From a virus (Duplodnaviria > Caudoviricetes): DNA of 62,136 nt. Both the position numbers and the translations under genes were made by a program. The stretch spans positions 1 through 62,136 of IMG/VR virus record IMGVR_UViG_3300036985_002914; one strand, written 5' to 3'. Positions 21,085 to 30,546 of this stretch are shown here, in pieces (the stretch's first letter is position 1; each line of letters starts with the position of its first letter). The notes beneath the pieces are model-generated. The model saw only the letters and a list, made by a program, of their open reading frames with translations. It searched no databases and had not been told where the DNA came from.

Positions 21085-21628
21085 TACCCTCTTTGAAGAG
21101 GACGCAGGCGCATTGCAGGTCAAGAATGAGGACCTGACCAGTGTAGGCGCTTTGGCCAAGCGGGCAAAGCTGTTGGAGAAAGAAATCGAGGAGATGGAAA
21201 CTGTTCTGAAGGAGCGCAAGGATCAACAGCGCAAACTCTTAGAAGAGTCTATTCCAGCAATGCTGCAAGAGTTAGGCATGAAGAAGTTCACCATGGCTGA
21301 CGGCAGCACCATTGATGTCAAAGCTTTTTACTCTGCCAGCATCAAGGAAGAGAATCGTGCTGTGGCCTTTGAATGGCTACGTGCAAATGGCTACGACGAC
21401 ATTATCAAGAATACAGTGTCAGTACGCTTTGGTCGCAATGAGGACGAATTGTGTGCTGTGTTGTTAGATTATCTGCGTGAGCAAAACTATCCGGTTGAGC
21501 AAGCACAGAAGATCGAGCCCCAAACGCTGAAGGCATGGGTGAAAGATATGGTGGAGCGCGGCGTTGAGTTCCCCAATGAAACTTTTGGTCTGTATGTCGG
21601 CCAAAAGGCAACGATAAAATCCACTTGA
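21068..21628 (+). CDS. Phage replication-region protein (coiled coil)
   Basis: ATG 21068 after GGAGAG; AFEWLRANGYDDIIKN and QTLKAWVK motifs. Confidence 0.7.
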   Translation: MKTDINTLFEEDAGALQVKNEDLTSVGALAKRAKLLEKEIEEMETVLKERKDQQRKLLEESIPAMLQELGMKKFTMADGSTIDVKAFYSASIKEENRAVAFEWLRANGYDDIIKNTVSVRFGRNEDELCAVLLDYLREQNYPVEQAQKIEPQTLKAWVKDMVERGVEFPNETFGLYVGQKATIKST

Positions 21629-21645
21629 ACCAAGGAGCATTAATC

Positions 21646-22416
21646 ATGGCAAAGAACGAAGTAATCGAGAAAAAATCTACCGAATTAGCATTGACAGCAT
21701 CTTTTGAAGATGACGCGTCAGGTGGCTTTGACAACATGAATCAGGATGACTTTGCATTACCCTTCCTGCGTCTGTTGACCAACGTCAGCCCAGAGATTGG
21801 CGAAGTAGAGGGTGCAATGCCCGGTATGATTTACAACACAGTAACAGGGCAGCTTTATGATGGGAAAAAAGGGATTACAGTCATCCCCTGCGCGTACGTA
21901 CGGCAATATATTGAATGGTCCCCCCGTGGCTCCGGTTCCGGGGCTCCGGCAGCTATATATCCCGCAACGAGCGATATCCTTAGTAGAACCCATCGTGAGC
22001 CGGGCGATAATAAAGATTATCTCGACAACGGCAACTACATTGAGAACACTGCCAATCATTATGTGATGATTGTTGGTGACAGCGGCTTCGGTGAGCCAGC
22101 GCTGATCACAATGGAGTCCACGCAGTTGAAGAAGTCCCGCAAGTGGAACAGTATGATGATGTCTGCCAAGATGATGGGCAAGAACGGACCATACACGCCA
22201 CCTATGTTCTCTCAGTTGTATCGTCTATCTACACAGGCTGAATCCAACGACAAGGGTAAATGGTTTGGTTGGGAAGTCGAGCGTATTGGTGCTATTGAAG
22301 ACTCATCGCTTTATCTCTCCGCAAAATCATTCGCTCAAAGCATTGGTTCGGGTGACGTAAAAGTCAAACATGCCAGTGATGAGTTGATGGAAGGCTCGGC
22401 TAACGTGCCGTTTTAA
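21646..22416 (+). CDS. Putative ssDNA-binding/annealing protein
   Basis: SD AAGGAG; acidic tail ending in PF; upstream of primase. Confidence 0.55.
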   Translation: MAKNEVIEKKSTELALTASFEDDASGGFDNMNQDDFALPFLRLLTNVSPEIGEVEGAMPGMIYNTVTGQLYDGKKGITVIPCAYVRQYIEWSPRGSGSGAPAAIYPATSDILSRTHREPGDNKDYLDNGNYIENTANHYVMIVGDSGFGEPALITMESTQLKKSRKWNSMMMSAKMMGKNGPYTPPMFSQLYRLSTQAESNDKGKWFGWEVERIGAIEDSSLYLSAKSFAQSIGSGDVKVKHASDELMEGSANVPF

Positions 22417-22420
22417 GTTC

Positions 22421-22524
22421 ACGGGGGAAAGCGGATGCTGTAATGCCGACTGCTGGCATGTCGCACGGGACTCCACAAGAGCGGTGAGCATGTAACAGAC
22501 AATACAGACGCAGCGAGTACCCCA
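22421..22524 (+). ncRNA. Candidate structured RNA upstream of primase
   Basis: GGGG/CCCC closing stem next to GAA/AGUA (loop-E-like); CUGUA/UACAG stem; AUGCC/GGCAU hairpin. Confidence 0.5.
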
Positions 22525-22540
22525 CCTTCTGAGATAGAGC

Positions 22541-24073
22541 ATGGTCGATATAACAAAATTAAAAGCGATATTTAGCGGGCTGGATATCGCCTACGGAACA
22601 TACGTAATTAAAGGAGCGCGTGGCGATGGAAAACAAAGCGGACAAGCGACCGTGGTTAGAAAACCTCCTACCGACGACCTTTGGGAGAGGCACCTCACTG
22701 GTGTTGAACCTAGTCTGGGTATTATTCCTATCAGGGCTGATAACACTTGTATATGGGGGTGCATTGATATTGATCAGTACCCTATTGATCATCGAGGCCT
22801 TGTGGAGAAGATTGATGGCTTGGGTCTTCCGCTAGTCGTTTGTCGTAGTAAGTCCGGTGGCGCGCATTGCTTTCTATTTACACGCGAACCAATTGCAGCA
22901 CGCAGCATGATCGAATACTTGAAAGCCTGTGCCGCATTGCTGGGCGAGGCTGGGCGTGAAATATTCCCCAAACAATCTGAAATACTCGTGGACCGCGGTG
23001 ACACGGGTAACTTCCTCAATCTTCCTTATTTTGGTGGAGATAATGGCACGCGCTATGCATTTAACAGTGACGGTACTGCCGCCACATTGGAAGAATTCTT
23101 CGCGCTCTACGAAGCGAAGGTTCAGGATGGACCCGTTGCGGTCCCCGAGCCACCAAAAGTCGCGGAAGCGCCTGTCAAGGATGGGCCTCCGTGTCTACAG
23201 GCTCTCTGTACGCAAGGTTTTCCTGAAGGTACGCGGAACAACGGAATTTTTAATGTTGGTATCTACCTTAAAAAAGCTGCTCCATCGGCTTGGGAAGACA
23301 AAGTAGTCGAGCACAATCTCAAATACTTCTCGCCACCATTACCGAACAACGAAGTACAACTTGTTATCAAGCAATTGAACAAGAAAGAGTATCGCTACAA
23401 GTGTAAGGATGCGCCACTCAATTCCTTCTGCAACTCCGGCCTGTGCCGTACAAGAAAGCATGGCATTGGTGGTAGTGGGCCAGATAGTCCTACGCTCTCC
23501 TCGCTCTCTAAGTACGCCAGTGAGCCCCCTCTGTGGTTCCTTGATGTCAATGGCCGTAGAGTCGAGTTGGAGACAGATAGCTTGTTCAACCAAGCTGCCT
23601 TTCAGAAGGCTTGCTTAGAGCGATTAAATACGCTTCCCCCTACCTTGAAGAAGATGGATTGGGAGCAGTTGCTCAATGGCTTGCTTAAAGAGATGGTGGA
23701 GACAGAACAAATATCTGAGGCCAGCGAAGATACGTCCGTAACAGGTAAGTTCATGGACCTCTTGGAAGAGTTCACCGCCCACATGCAGCAAGCCATGGAC
23801 CGCGATGAAATACTCATGGGCCGACCGTGGTTTGATGCAGAGGACGGGAAGTGCTACTTCCGGATCAAGGACCTCGAATCGCACTTGAAGCGTAATAATT
23901 TTATTGGCCTAACTGCCCCCAAGATGGCACAGCGCTTACGTGACATGGGCGGTGAGCCTATCTCTCTGTTCCTAAAGGGTCGTACCATTCGATGCTGGCG
24001 TATTCCGCCATTCGCTAACCAAGATGCACCCTTCGCTACTGAGACGGTGCGCCAACAAGGGAGTCCCTTCTGA
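22541..24073 (+). CDS. AEP-superfamily primase with PriCT-like domain
   Basis: WGCIDID (DxD), RSKSGGAH, GNFLNLPY, GTRNNGIF. Confidence 0.8.
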   Translation: MVDITKLKAIFSGLDIAYGTYVIKGARGDGKQSGQATVVRKPPTDDLWERHLTGVEPSLGIIPIRADNTCIWGCIDIDQYPIDHRGLVEKIDGLGLPLVVCRSKSGGAHCFLFTREPIAARSMIEYLKACAALLGEAGREIFPKQSEILVDRGDTGNFLNLPYFGGDNGTRYAFNSDGTAATLEEFFALYEAKVQDGPVAVPEPPKVAEAPVKDGPPCLQALCTQGFPEGTRNNGIFNVGIYLKKAAPSAWEDKVVEHNLKYFSPPLPNNEVQLVIKQLNKKEYRYKCKDAPLNSFCNSGLCRTRKHGIGGSGPDSPTLSSLSKYASEPPLWFLDVNGRRVELETDSLFNQAAFQKACLERLNTLPPTLKKMDWEQLLNGLLKEMVETEQISEASEDTSVTGKFMDLLEEFTAHMQQAMDRDEILMGRPWFDAEDGKCYFRIKDLESHLKRNNFIGLTAPKMAQRLRDMGGEPISLFLKGRTIRCWRIPPFANQDAPFATETVRQQGSPF

Positions 24074-24315
24074 TGCTAAGAGCTAACGGCTACGATGACG
24101 CAATTATTGGTTCTGCTTTCATTTGGCAAGACGGCACGCAAGTGCAAGTGCTTGTCTACGACGCAGAAGATATATGAGATATCTTGATGTCGCAGGATAA
24201 TATGACTACCGAAGAAGCCCGCGATTTTATTGAGTTTAATCTAGAGGGCGTTTACTTAGGCCCCGAGACACCTATCTTTGTATGGCCAGAGGATCAGTAT
24301 GAAATCGGGGATTAG
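24073..24315 (+). pseudogene. Small phage gene interrupted by in-frame TGA at 24175-24177
   Basis: MLRANGYDDAIIG...LVYDAEDI*DILMSQDNMTTEEARDFIEFNLEGVYLGPETPIFVW; reads as one coherent protein on both sides of the stop. Confidence 0.7.
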
Positions 24316-25999
24316 GCGACCTGCCGGTCCTAAGAGAATCCAGCCGCTTAAACAGATAGCTGGGATCGGCAAACGCGTTGCCCCGAAGAGGGCAGTCACA
24401 AAGCTTCCTGTTCTCAAGCCAGTGGTCAAGAAGGTGCCGGTGAAGTCACGCCTGACGCACTTTGAGCATGCAGAGGATCACCTGATCAATGCAGGCTTTG
24501 AAGGCTATACGTATGCAGTAACTGTACTAAAGGCAGTGCATGCCACCATGACGGGAGAGCCTTCCGCTATCATTACCGAGAAGTACGACGGTAGCCCCAG
24601 CATTGTCTTTGGCATTTTCCCAGCTACAGGTAAGTTCTTTGTAGCTACAAAGTCCTTCTTCAACAAGGTACCCAAGATCAATTACACGCACGAAGATATT
24701 GTGCGTAACCATGGCTATTCAGAAGAGCTTGTGACCAAGCTGGGTAAGGCCCTAGAGCATCTGCCTAAGATCACCCCAGAGCAGGGCATCTTCCAAGGCG
24801 ATTTGATGCACATAGCTGGGATGAATATTGAAGAGACTGAGGATCAGGTACGCTTCAATGCCAATACCATTACCTATTCCATCTCCTCGCGCTCTGAAGA
24901 AGGTAAGCGCCTGCTTGCTTCGCAACTAAGCATTGCCATACACACTGAGCATACTAACGGAGCGCGCTACGCGGACCACTTCCCTACTCTCCTGACACAC
25001 CCAGATGTCTGTGTCATCAGCGTTAAGGTAGACCTAGCCAAGATTTACTACCCTGCAGAAGCGCAGACTGCTTTTAAATGGTACATGGACCGCGCAGCGG
25101 ACTTAATGCACACCATCCCTACTGCTTACCCACAGGCGGAGAAGATAAAGAAGTACATCAATCGGAAGATCAAGGAGCGCTCTTCGCCGTCCGCGGAAGA
25201 CTTCTCTGACTTAGATCAGATGTTCCACATCCACGACTACCTGCAAAAGGCCAAGGATGCATTGAACTATGCCCTGTCCTTTACCCGTAGATTTGATACT
25301 TCTATTGATGGTGTAGCTACAAAAGGCGAGGGATTCGTCGCTGTTCTTTACAATAATCCTACAAAACTTGTCAATCGGGCTGAATTTAGTTTACAAAACT
25401 TCTTACGCCAGAAGGTCAAAGATGCTGCTGCGGATAAGGCTTACCTGAAACCTATTGTTATGGCCGTAGCGCGGATGAATCCTCCTACCATCGGCCATAA
25501 GCGGTTAGTGGATAAGGTCAAGCAGATAGCGGATGCCTGCTCCTCAAAACACATTATCTTTCTCAGCAACAGCCACGATGGTATGCGCAATCCGTTATCC
25601 CCTGAGTCAAGACTAGCGCATGTCCAGCGCTTATTCCCTGACACTAACTTCAGGATAGCGGGGAAGGATTTCCCGGGCTTCTTATCCCACGCCACCTCTG
25701 CCTACAGAGAAGGTGCAGAGTATTTAATATTGGTCGCTGGATCAGATAGGGCGGAGAACTATGAAGAGATGATGGACCAGTACAACGGTCCACTTGGCCC
25801 TTTCAATTTCAAGAAGATTGCCGTTATCTCCGCCGGAGATAGGCGCGAAGGGGATGGCATAGAGGGAATGTCTGCTACGCGCATGCGGTGGTATGCAGAG
25901 ATGGGTAATTACTCTGCATTTTTAGCTGGGCTACCTCCGACAACCGAGGACCATGCCCGCCAGATTTATGACGAGGTACGCAAAGGATTGGGGCTATGA
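24299..25999 (+). CDS. Fusion of ATP-dependent ligase-fold (DUF6267-like) domain and HIGH-family nucleotidyltransferase (cytidylyltransferase-like)
   Basis: EKYDG, FQGD, EGFV, KLVNR in the N-half; RMNPPTIGH, VAGSDR, MSATRMR in the C-half; ATG 24299 after GAGGA. Confidence 0.7.
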   Translation: MKSGIRRPAGPKRIQPLKQIAGIGKRVAPKRAVTKLPVLKPVVKKVPVKSRLTHFEHAEDHLINAGFEGYTYAVTVLKAVHATMTGEPSAIITEKYDGSPSIVFGIFPATGKFFVATKSFFNKVPKINYTHEDIVRNHGYSEELVTKLGKALEHLPKITPEQGIFQGDLMHIAGMNIEETEDQVRFNANTITYSISSRSEEGKRLLASQLSIAIHTEHTNGARYADHFPTLLTHPDVCVISVKVDLAKIYYPAEAQTAFKWYMDRAADLMHTIPTAYPQAEKIKKYINRKIKERSSPSAEDFSDLDQMFHIHDYLQKAKDALNYALSFTRRFDTSIDGVATKGEGFVAVLYNNPTKLVNRAEFSLQNFLRQKVKDAAADKAYLKPIVMAVARMNPPTIGHKRLVDKVKQIADACSSKHIIFLSNSHDGMRNPLSPESRLAHVQRLFPDTNFRIAGKDFPGFLSHATSAYREGAEYLILVAGSDRAENYEEMMDQYNGPLGPFNFKKIAVISAGDRREGDGIEGMSATRMRWYAEMGNYSAFLAGLPPTTEDHARQIYDEVRKGLGL

Positions 26000-27498
26000 C
26001 CGCTATCAGAAAAGTCTTCGGTCCCCCCGGATCAGGCAAAACCACCTACTTGCTTAACGTCGTAGAGCAGGAGTTAGAGAGCGGTATCTCTGCTGCGGGC
26101 ATTGGCTACTTCTCCTTTACACGCAAGGCGGCTAACGAAGCGCGGGACAGGGCTATCCTGAAGTTCCCTGACCTCAATGCACGCACCGACTTCCCTTACT
26201 TCCGCACGCTGCATAGCTTGGCATTCCATTGCCTCTCTACCCGCGCCGACGATATGATGCAGCCTGCTCATTACCTTGAGTTTGCCAAGCAGTCCGGTAT
26301 CCAATTAGATGTCAGCAGAGACGACGACGAAGGCTATGCGAAAGCGGACAATCCAATCCTTAATGAGATCAACCTTGCCAGAATACGAGGTGTGGACTTA
26401 CGAGCACACTACAATGCTTCCTCCCTCGACATCGAATGGCACCACTTCGAGTTCGTCGAGCGAAGCTATCGGCACTACAAAGCCTCCCGCAACCTCTTGG
26501 ACTTCACCGACCTGCTCGAGCTCGTTGTTCTGGATCCCCATCGACTACCCAAGCTACAAGCACTGATCATCGACGAAGCACAGGACCTGTCTCGCCTACA
26601 GTGGCAACTGGTCTTCGCTCTCGTTGCGCGGTCCGAGCGTGTCTACATTGCAGGCGATGACGACCAAGCGGTGTTCACTTGGGCCGGGGCAGACGTAAAA
26701 TCTTTCTTAGAGTTTGAAGGTGATATCCATGTCCTCCAGCAGTCTTACCGAATCCCTTCCACGGTCCACAAACTTGCTACTAACATTGTGCAACGGATAC
26801 GAGATAGGCAAAGTAAAGATTGGAAGCCAAGAGACTATATTGGCTCCGTCAAACAGTACTACCGCTTCGAAGATGTGCCAATTGACGATGGCCAATGGCT
26901 CATCCTTGCCAGTACTAATTACATGCTCAATCCAATACATGAATGGCTCAGAGGGCATGGGATTCTCTTTGAACGTAACAGCGTCCCCAGCCTGCCTCCC
27001 CAACTCCTAAAAGCCGTTGTGGATTGGGAGCGCCTACGCAAGGGCATTGCCTTAGGCCTTGTAGATGTACAAAACATATACAAGTACCTTGGCGCGCCAT
27101 TCGCGGCCCGCGGCTACAAGAACTTCAAAGGTAGCATCGATGTGCTCGAGTACGATATTCCCACCCTACGTCAGCACTACGGCTTACTTACCGATGCGGT
27201 GTGGCACGAAGCATTACTCCGCATTCCTGAGGACAAAAGGGAATACCTACGCGCTGTATTGCGTAGAGGGTTTAAGTTCTCCAGCTCTGACCGCATCAAA
27301 CTCTCCACGATCCACGGCGCAAAAGGCGGGGAATCAGACAATGTGGTCCTGTTGATGGACTTGTCTCCCAAGACCACGAAGGATTACAGCATCAATTCAG
27401 ACAACGTCAACCGCCTGTTCTATGTTGGCGTTACGCGGACAAAGAAGGCATTGCACTTAGTGCTGCCAAAACACCACGATAAAGGATTCCGCTTGTGA
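25996..27498 (+). CDS. UvrD/Rep-like SF1 helicase
   Basis: GPPGSGKT, IIDEAQD, GDDDQ, QSYR, STIHGAKGGE, YVGVTR. Confidence 0.92.
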   Translation: MTAIRKVFGPPGSGKTTYLLNVVEQELESGISAAGIGYFSFTRKAANEARDRAILKFPDLNARTDFPYFRTLHSLAFHCLSTRADDMMQPAHYLEFAKQSGIQLDVSRDDDEGYAKADNPILNEINLARIRGVDLRAHYNASSLDIEWHHFEFVERSYRHYKASRNLLDFTDLLELVVLDPHRLPKLQALIIDEAQDLSRLQWQLVFALVARSERVYIAGDDDQAVFTWAGADVKSFLEFEGDIHVLQQSYRIPSTVHKLATNIVQRIRDRQSKDWKPRDYIGSVKQYYRFEDVPIDDGQWLILASTNYMLNPIHEWLRGHGILFERNSVPSLPPQLLKAVVDWERLRKGIALGLVDVQNIYKYLGAPFAARGYKNFKGSIDVLEYDIPTLRQHYGLLTDAVWHEALLRIPEDKREYLRAVLRRGFKFSSSDRIKLSTIHGAKGGESDNVVLLMDLSPKTTKDYSINSDNVNRLFYVGVTRTKKALHLVLPKHHDKGFRL

Positions 27499-29360
27499 AA
27501 AGCTTACCGCTGTTCCCCATCCAATCTGATTGGGTGGCCCCTGACATATTCCCTAATTTATCTAACGCAAAGGAGATTGCAATTGACCTCGAAACATGTG
27601 ATCCAAATATGGAAACAATGGGCCCCGGCTGGCCTCGCGGCGACGGGTATGTTGTTGGCTACGCTATTGCTGTCGAAGGTTGGAGTGGATATTTTCCTAT
27701 CGCTCACGCTGGTGGCGGTAATCTGGATAAACGGTTGGTCAACCGCTGGATTGCAGATGTTGTTGGAGGACCTGCCGACAAAATCATGCACAACGCCGCC
27801 TACGACCTCGGCTGGCTCAAAGCGAGCGGCTTTAAAGTCAATGGCCGCATCTGCGACACAATGCTCGCCGCCCCGATCCTCGACGAAAACAGATTCTCCT
27901 TCTCCCTAAACTCCTTAGGCTATGACTACCTAAAGGAAACCAAGAGCGAAGCAGGATTAAAGCAAGCCGCCGCAGAGTTTGGTGTCCACCCTAAAAAAGA
28001 ACTCTGGAAGCTGCCCGCTATGTACGTGGGTAACTACGCAGAGCAAGATGCAGCACTAACATTAAAGCTTTGGCAGGACTTCAAAGTCAAAATGCGCATA
28101 GAGAATGTCGAATCCATCTTCGACCTCGAAACACGGCTCTTCCCCGTCCTCTTCGGCATTACCGAGCGCGGTGTCCGTTTCGACAGGGATAAGTGTTCGC
28201 GGCTCATCGACCAACTCGTCAAGCAGGAGAAAACGCTGTTAACGGACCTGCGTAAGCTATCCGGCACCCCTGTGGATATCTGGGCCGCTGCCTCTATTGC
28301 CAAGGCTTTTGATGCGCTATCCCTGCCCTATCCGCGTTCCGAGACAGGCTTACCAAGTTTCAACAAAGTATTCTTAGAGGAATGCCCTCACCCCATCGGT
28401 AAAATGATCGTAGAGGCGCGGGAAACGAATAAAACACACAGCACCTTCCTCGCCCCCTATCTGGACTTCTCCGCGAAAGACGGCCGCATCCATCCGCACA
28501 TCAACCAACTGCGCTCCGATGAAGGGGGAACCGTGTCAGGACGCTTGTCCATGGCCAACCCCAACCTCCAGCAAGTGCCCGCGCGGCATGAAATCATCGG
28601 CCCTATGGTCCGCGGCTTATTCTTACCAGAGGAAGGACAGCTCTGGGCATCCAATGACTTCTCTTCCCAAGAACCGCGCCTGCTCGTGCATTACGCCTCC
28701 CTTTTAGGTTTAGACGGGGCCGACACGATGGTTTCTGCTTACAAGAACAATCCGGACACAGATTTCCACCAAATGGTCGCAGATATGGCCAAAATTAAGC
28801 GAAAACAGGCAAAAACCATCGGTTTAGGCCTCATGTATGGCATGGGAAAGGCAAAATTAGCTGCACAACTGGATGTAACCGTGGAAGAAGCTGCGCGGCT
28901 CATGGATCAGTTCCATCAGAATGTGCCCTTCCTCAAAGGAACGGTGAACGCGGTCATGCGTCGCATCGATCATCCCGCCGCGGCAGGCGCTATCCGTACC
29001 CTACTAGGCAGGAAATGCCGCTTCCCACTCTGGGAACCTATGACGTGGGGGGTGAACAAGGCGCTCCCTTACGAGCAGGCAGTCATTGAATACGGCCCGC
29101 GGGTCAAGCGTGCCGGTACGTACAAGGGATTAAACAGGTTGATTCAAGGGTCTGCCGCGGATCAAACTAAGATGGCGATGATCGCGCTTCACGAAGCGGG
29201 GGAAACGCTCCTGCTACAGCTACATGATGAGGTGGTACTGTCAGTAGAGAGCAGGGAGCAAGCACAACGGGCCGCGGCCATCATGATGGACTGCGTACAG
29301 ATGGAAATACCTACCAAGGTAGACGTTGAAGTAGGTCCTAATTGGGGCGAGGCTAAGTAA
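27495..29360 (+). CDS. polA: Family A DNA polymerase with 3'-5' exonuclease (Leu762 type)
   Basis: Exo motifs DLET, HNAAYD, YAEQD; motif A DFSSQEPR; motif B AKTIGLGLMYG; motif C LHDE. Confidence 0.95.
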   Translation: MKSLPLFPIQSDWVAPDIFPNLSNAKEIAIDLETCDPNMETMGPGWPRGDGYVVGYAIAVEGWSGYFPIAHAGGGNLDKRLVNRWIADVVGGPADKIMHNAAYDLGWLKASGFKVNGRICDTMLAAPILDENRFSFSLNSLGYDYLKETKSEAGLKQAAAEFGVHPKKELWKLPAMYVGNYAEQDAALTLKLWQDFKVKMRIENVESIFDLETRLFPVLFGITERGVRFDRDKCSRLIDQLVKQEKTLLTDLRKLSGTPVDIWAAASIAKAFDALSLPYPRSETGLPSFNKVFLEECPHPIGKMIVEARETNKTHSTFLAPYLDFSAKDGRIHPHINQLRSDEGGTVSGRLSMANPNLQQVPARHEIIGPMVRGLFLPEEGQLWASNDFSSQEPRLLVHYASLLGLDGADTMVSAYKNNPDTDFHQMVADMAKIKRKQAKTIGLGLMYGMGKAKLAAQLDVTVEEAARLMDQFHQNVPFLKGTVNAVMRRIDHPAAAGAIRTLLGRKCRFPLWEPMTWGVNKALPYEQAVIEYGPRVKRAGTYKGLNRLIQGSAADQTKMAMIALHEAGETLLLQLHDEVVLSVESREQAQRAAAIMMDCVQMEIPTKVDVEVGPNWGEAK

Positions 29361-29460
29361 GGTCATACAGCAGGCATAACAATAGGACGATAACCGCTAT
29401 TGTTATGCCACAACCCATCAGAAACCCAGATAGCCAGATGACGAATGTGTAGGTATCCAT
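29353..29460 (-). CDS. Small membrane peptide, 35 aa
   Basis: MDTYTFVIWLSGFLMGCGITIAVIVLLLCLLYDLT; start overlaps upstream stop. Confidence 0.5.
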   Translation of the reverse strand: MDTYTFVIWLSGFLMGCGITIAVIVLLLCLLYDLT

Positions 29461-29792
29461 TACACCGACCCATGCAGCACGTTAGTCAACGCTAACATCT
29501 TCTTCTTATTGCGATACCGCTGTGTACGCTCGGCATCGCTCATGCGGGAGCGTGGCTTGTCCTTACCGTTGCCAAACTTATATACCTGCGTACAGTCCCT
29601 CCCCTTCACGTCTTTTTCCCACGCGCATACGTGCACCAATCGGTACCGCTTAAAGCATCGCATCAATCGCTGCGCGGTGCCTAGATGGATGCCCGTTTCT
29701 TCCACTAAGTCGTGCGTGGTACACGGCTCACGGGTCAGCATTACGAAGATGCGTGCGTACATGTTCTGGTTTAGTTTTCGTTGTTCGGCCAT
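29460..29792 (-). CDS. Putative HTH DNA-binding protein
   Basis: TTHDLVEETGIHLGTAQRLM HTH-like segment; basic tail. Confidence 0.55.
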   Translation of the reverse strand: MAEQRKLNQNMYARIFVMLTREPCTTHDLVEETGIHLGTAQRLMRCFKRYRLVHVCAWEKDVKGRDCTQVYKFGNGKDKPRSRMSDAERTQRYRNKKKMLALTNVLHGSV

Positions 29793-29835
29793 CGTTTTTC
29801 CTTACAATTAATTTATTATGCTTTACAATAAAAAG

Positions 29836-29899
29836 GCTAGGTTGTCCCTTGGTCTGGCGACCTAGCGGTCACAAGGGAAACCGGCCTGACGCTAGGCCG
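29836..29899. promoter_or_regulatory. Structured intergenic element (pseudoknot / alternative hairpins)
   Basis: gctaggttg/cgacctagc, tcccttg/caaggga and cggcct/aggccg pairings. Confidence 0.5.
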
Positions 29900-30226
29900 T
29901 TAGTACCCGTTCTTATCCTTTAGCTTGGCTTCGATAGCGCGGCATGTTCCCTGAATACTCATTTCTAAGCAGTCTTCAATATCTTTATCCGTCAGCCCAA
30001 CCCATTCGCGTTCTGGAACCATTCGCTTACCGTCAAACACGCGCCGCACTTTGCCTTCGTTCCAATGTTTTATAAACTCGGCTTCGTAATCCGGTTTTGG
30101 CTGCGCTAGTCTGGCGCGTAGTGCTTCTATTGCACGAAAACGCTTGAAATTCTCTGGTGTTTCCGGCCATGCTTGTAAACTTTCTAACGCATCCAGCGCC
30201 TGCTGCAATAGTTCTCTGTCAGTCAT
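29900..30226 (-). CDS. Modular-array protein (MTDREL / RARLAQP / EWVGLT / AIEAKL)
   Basis: Contains all four shared modules; ATGA overlap. Confidence 0.8.
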   Translation of the reverse strand: MTDRELLQQALDALESLQAWPETPENFKRFRAIEALRARLAQPKPDYEAEFIKHWNEGKVRRVFDGKRMVPEREWVGLTDKDIEDCLEMSIQGTCRAIEAKLKDKNGY

Positions 30227-30546
30227 CCGTTCTTCTCCTTTAGCTTGGCTTCTATGGCGCGGGCAAACTTCTTAATGTCCAAAGGCACAGTCCAGTCTAC
30301 TAAGTGCCGTAGCTTATTCATCTCCTCATCCGTCAGCCCAACCCATTCTTTGGGTTTCGGCCACTGCCCATTAAATTTGTATAGTTCTTCAAACTCGCCG
30401 CTCCAATCTACAAATGCGCGAACAGAATCATTCATCGCCCATTCCCTTTCACATCGAGTGCATCCAACCTTGCGCGACGTGGGACTAAACCTCAATTGCG
30501 TTATGTACTTATGACCGAACAGTGCACACATTAATCTTTCTATCAT
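30223..30546 (-). CDS. Modular-array protein with Cys/His N-terminus
   Basis: CALFGH...CTRC; ends EWVGLT...AIEAKLKEKNG. Confidence 0.8.
   Translation of the reverse strand: MIERLMCALFGHKYITQLRFSPTSRKVGCTRCEREWAMNDSVRAFVDWSGEFEELYKFNGQWPKPKEWVGLTDEEMNKLRHLVDWTVPLDIKKFARAIEAKLKEKNG

Noticed and set aside
24175-24177. Genome-wide TGA recoding
   Set aside because: Many genes end in TGA with ATGA overlaps and long ORFs are intact in code 11
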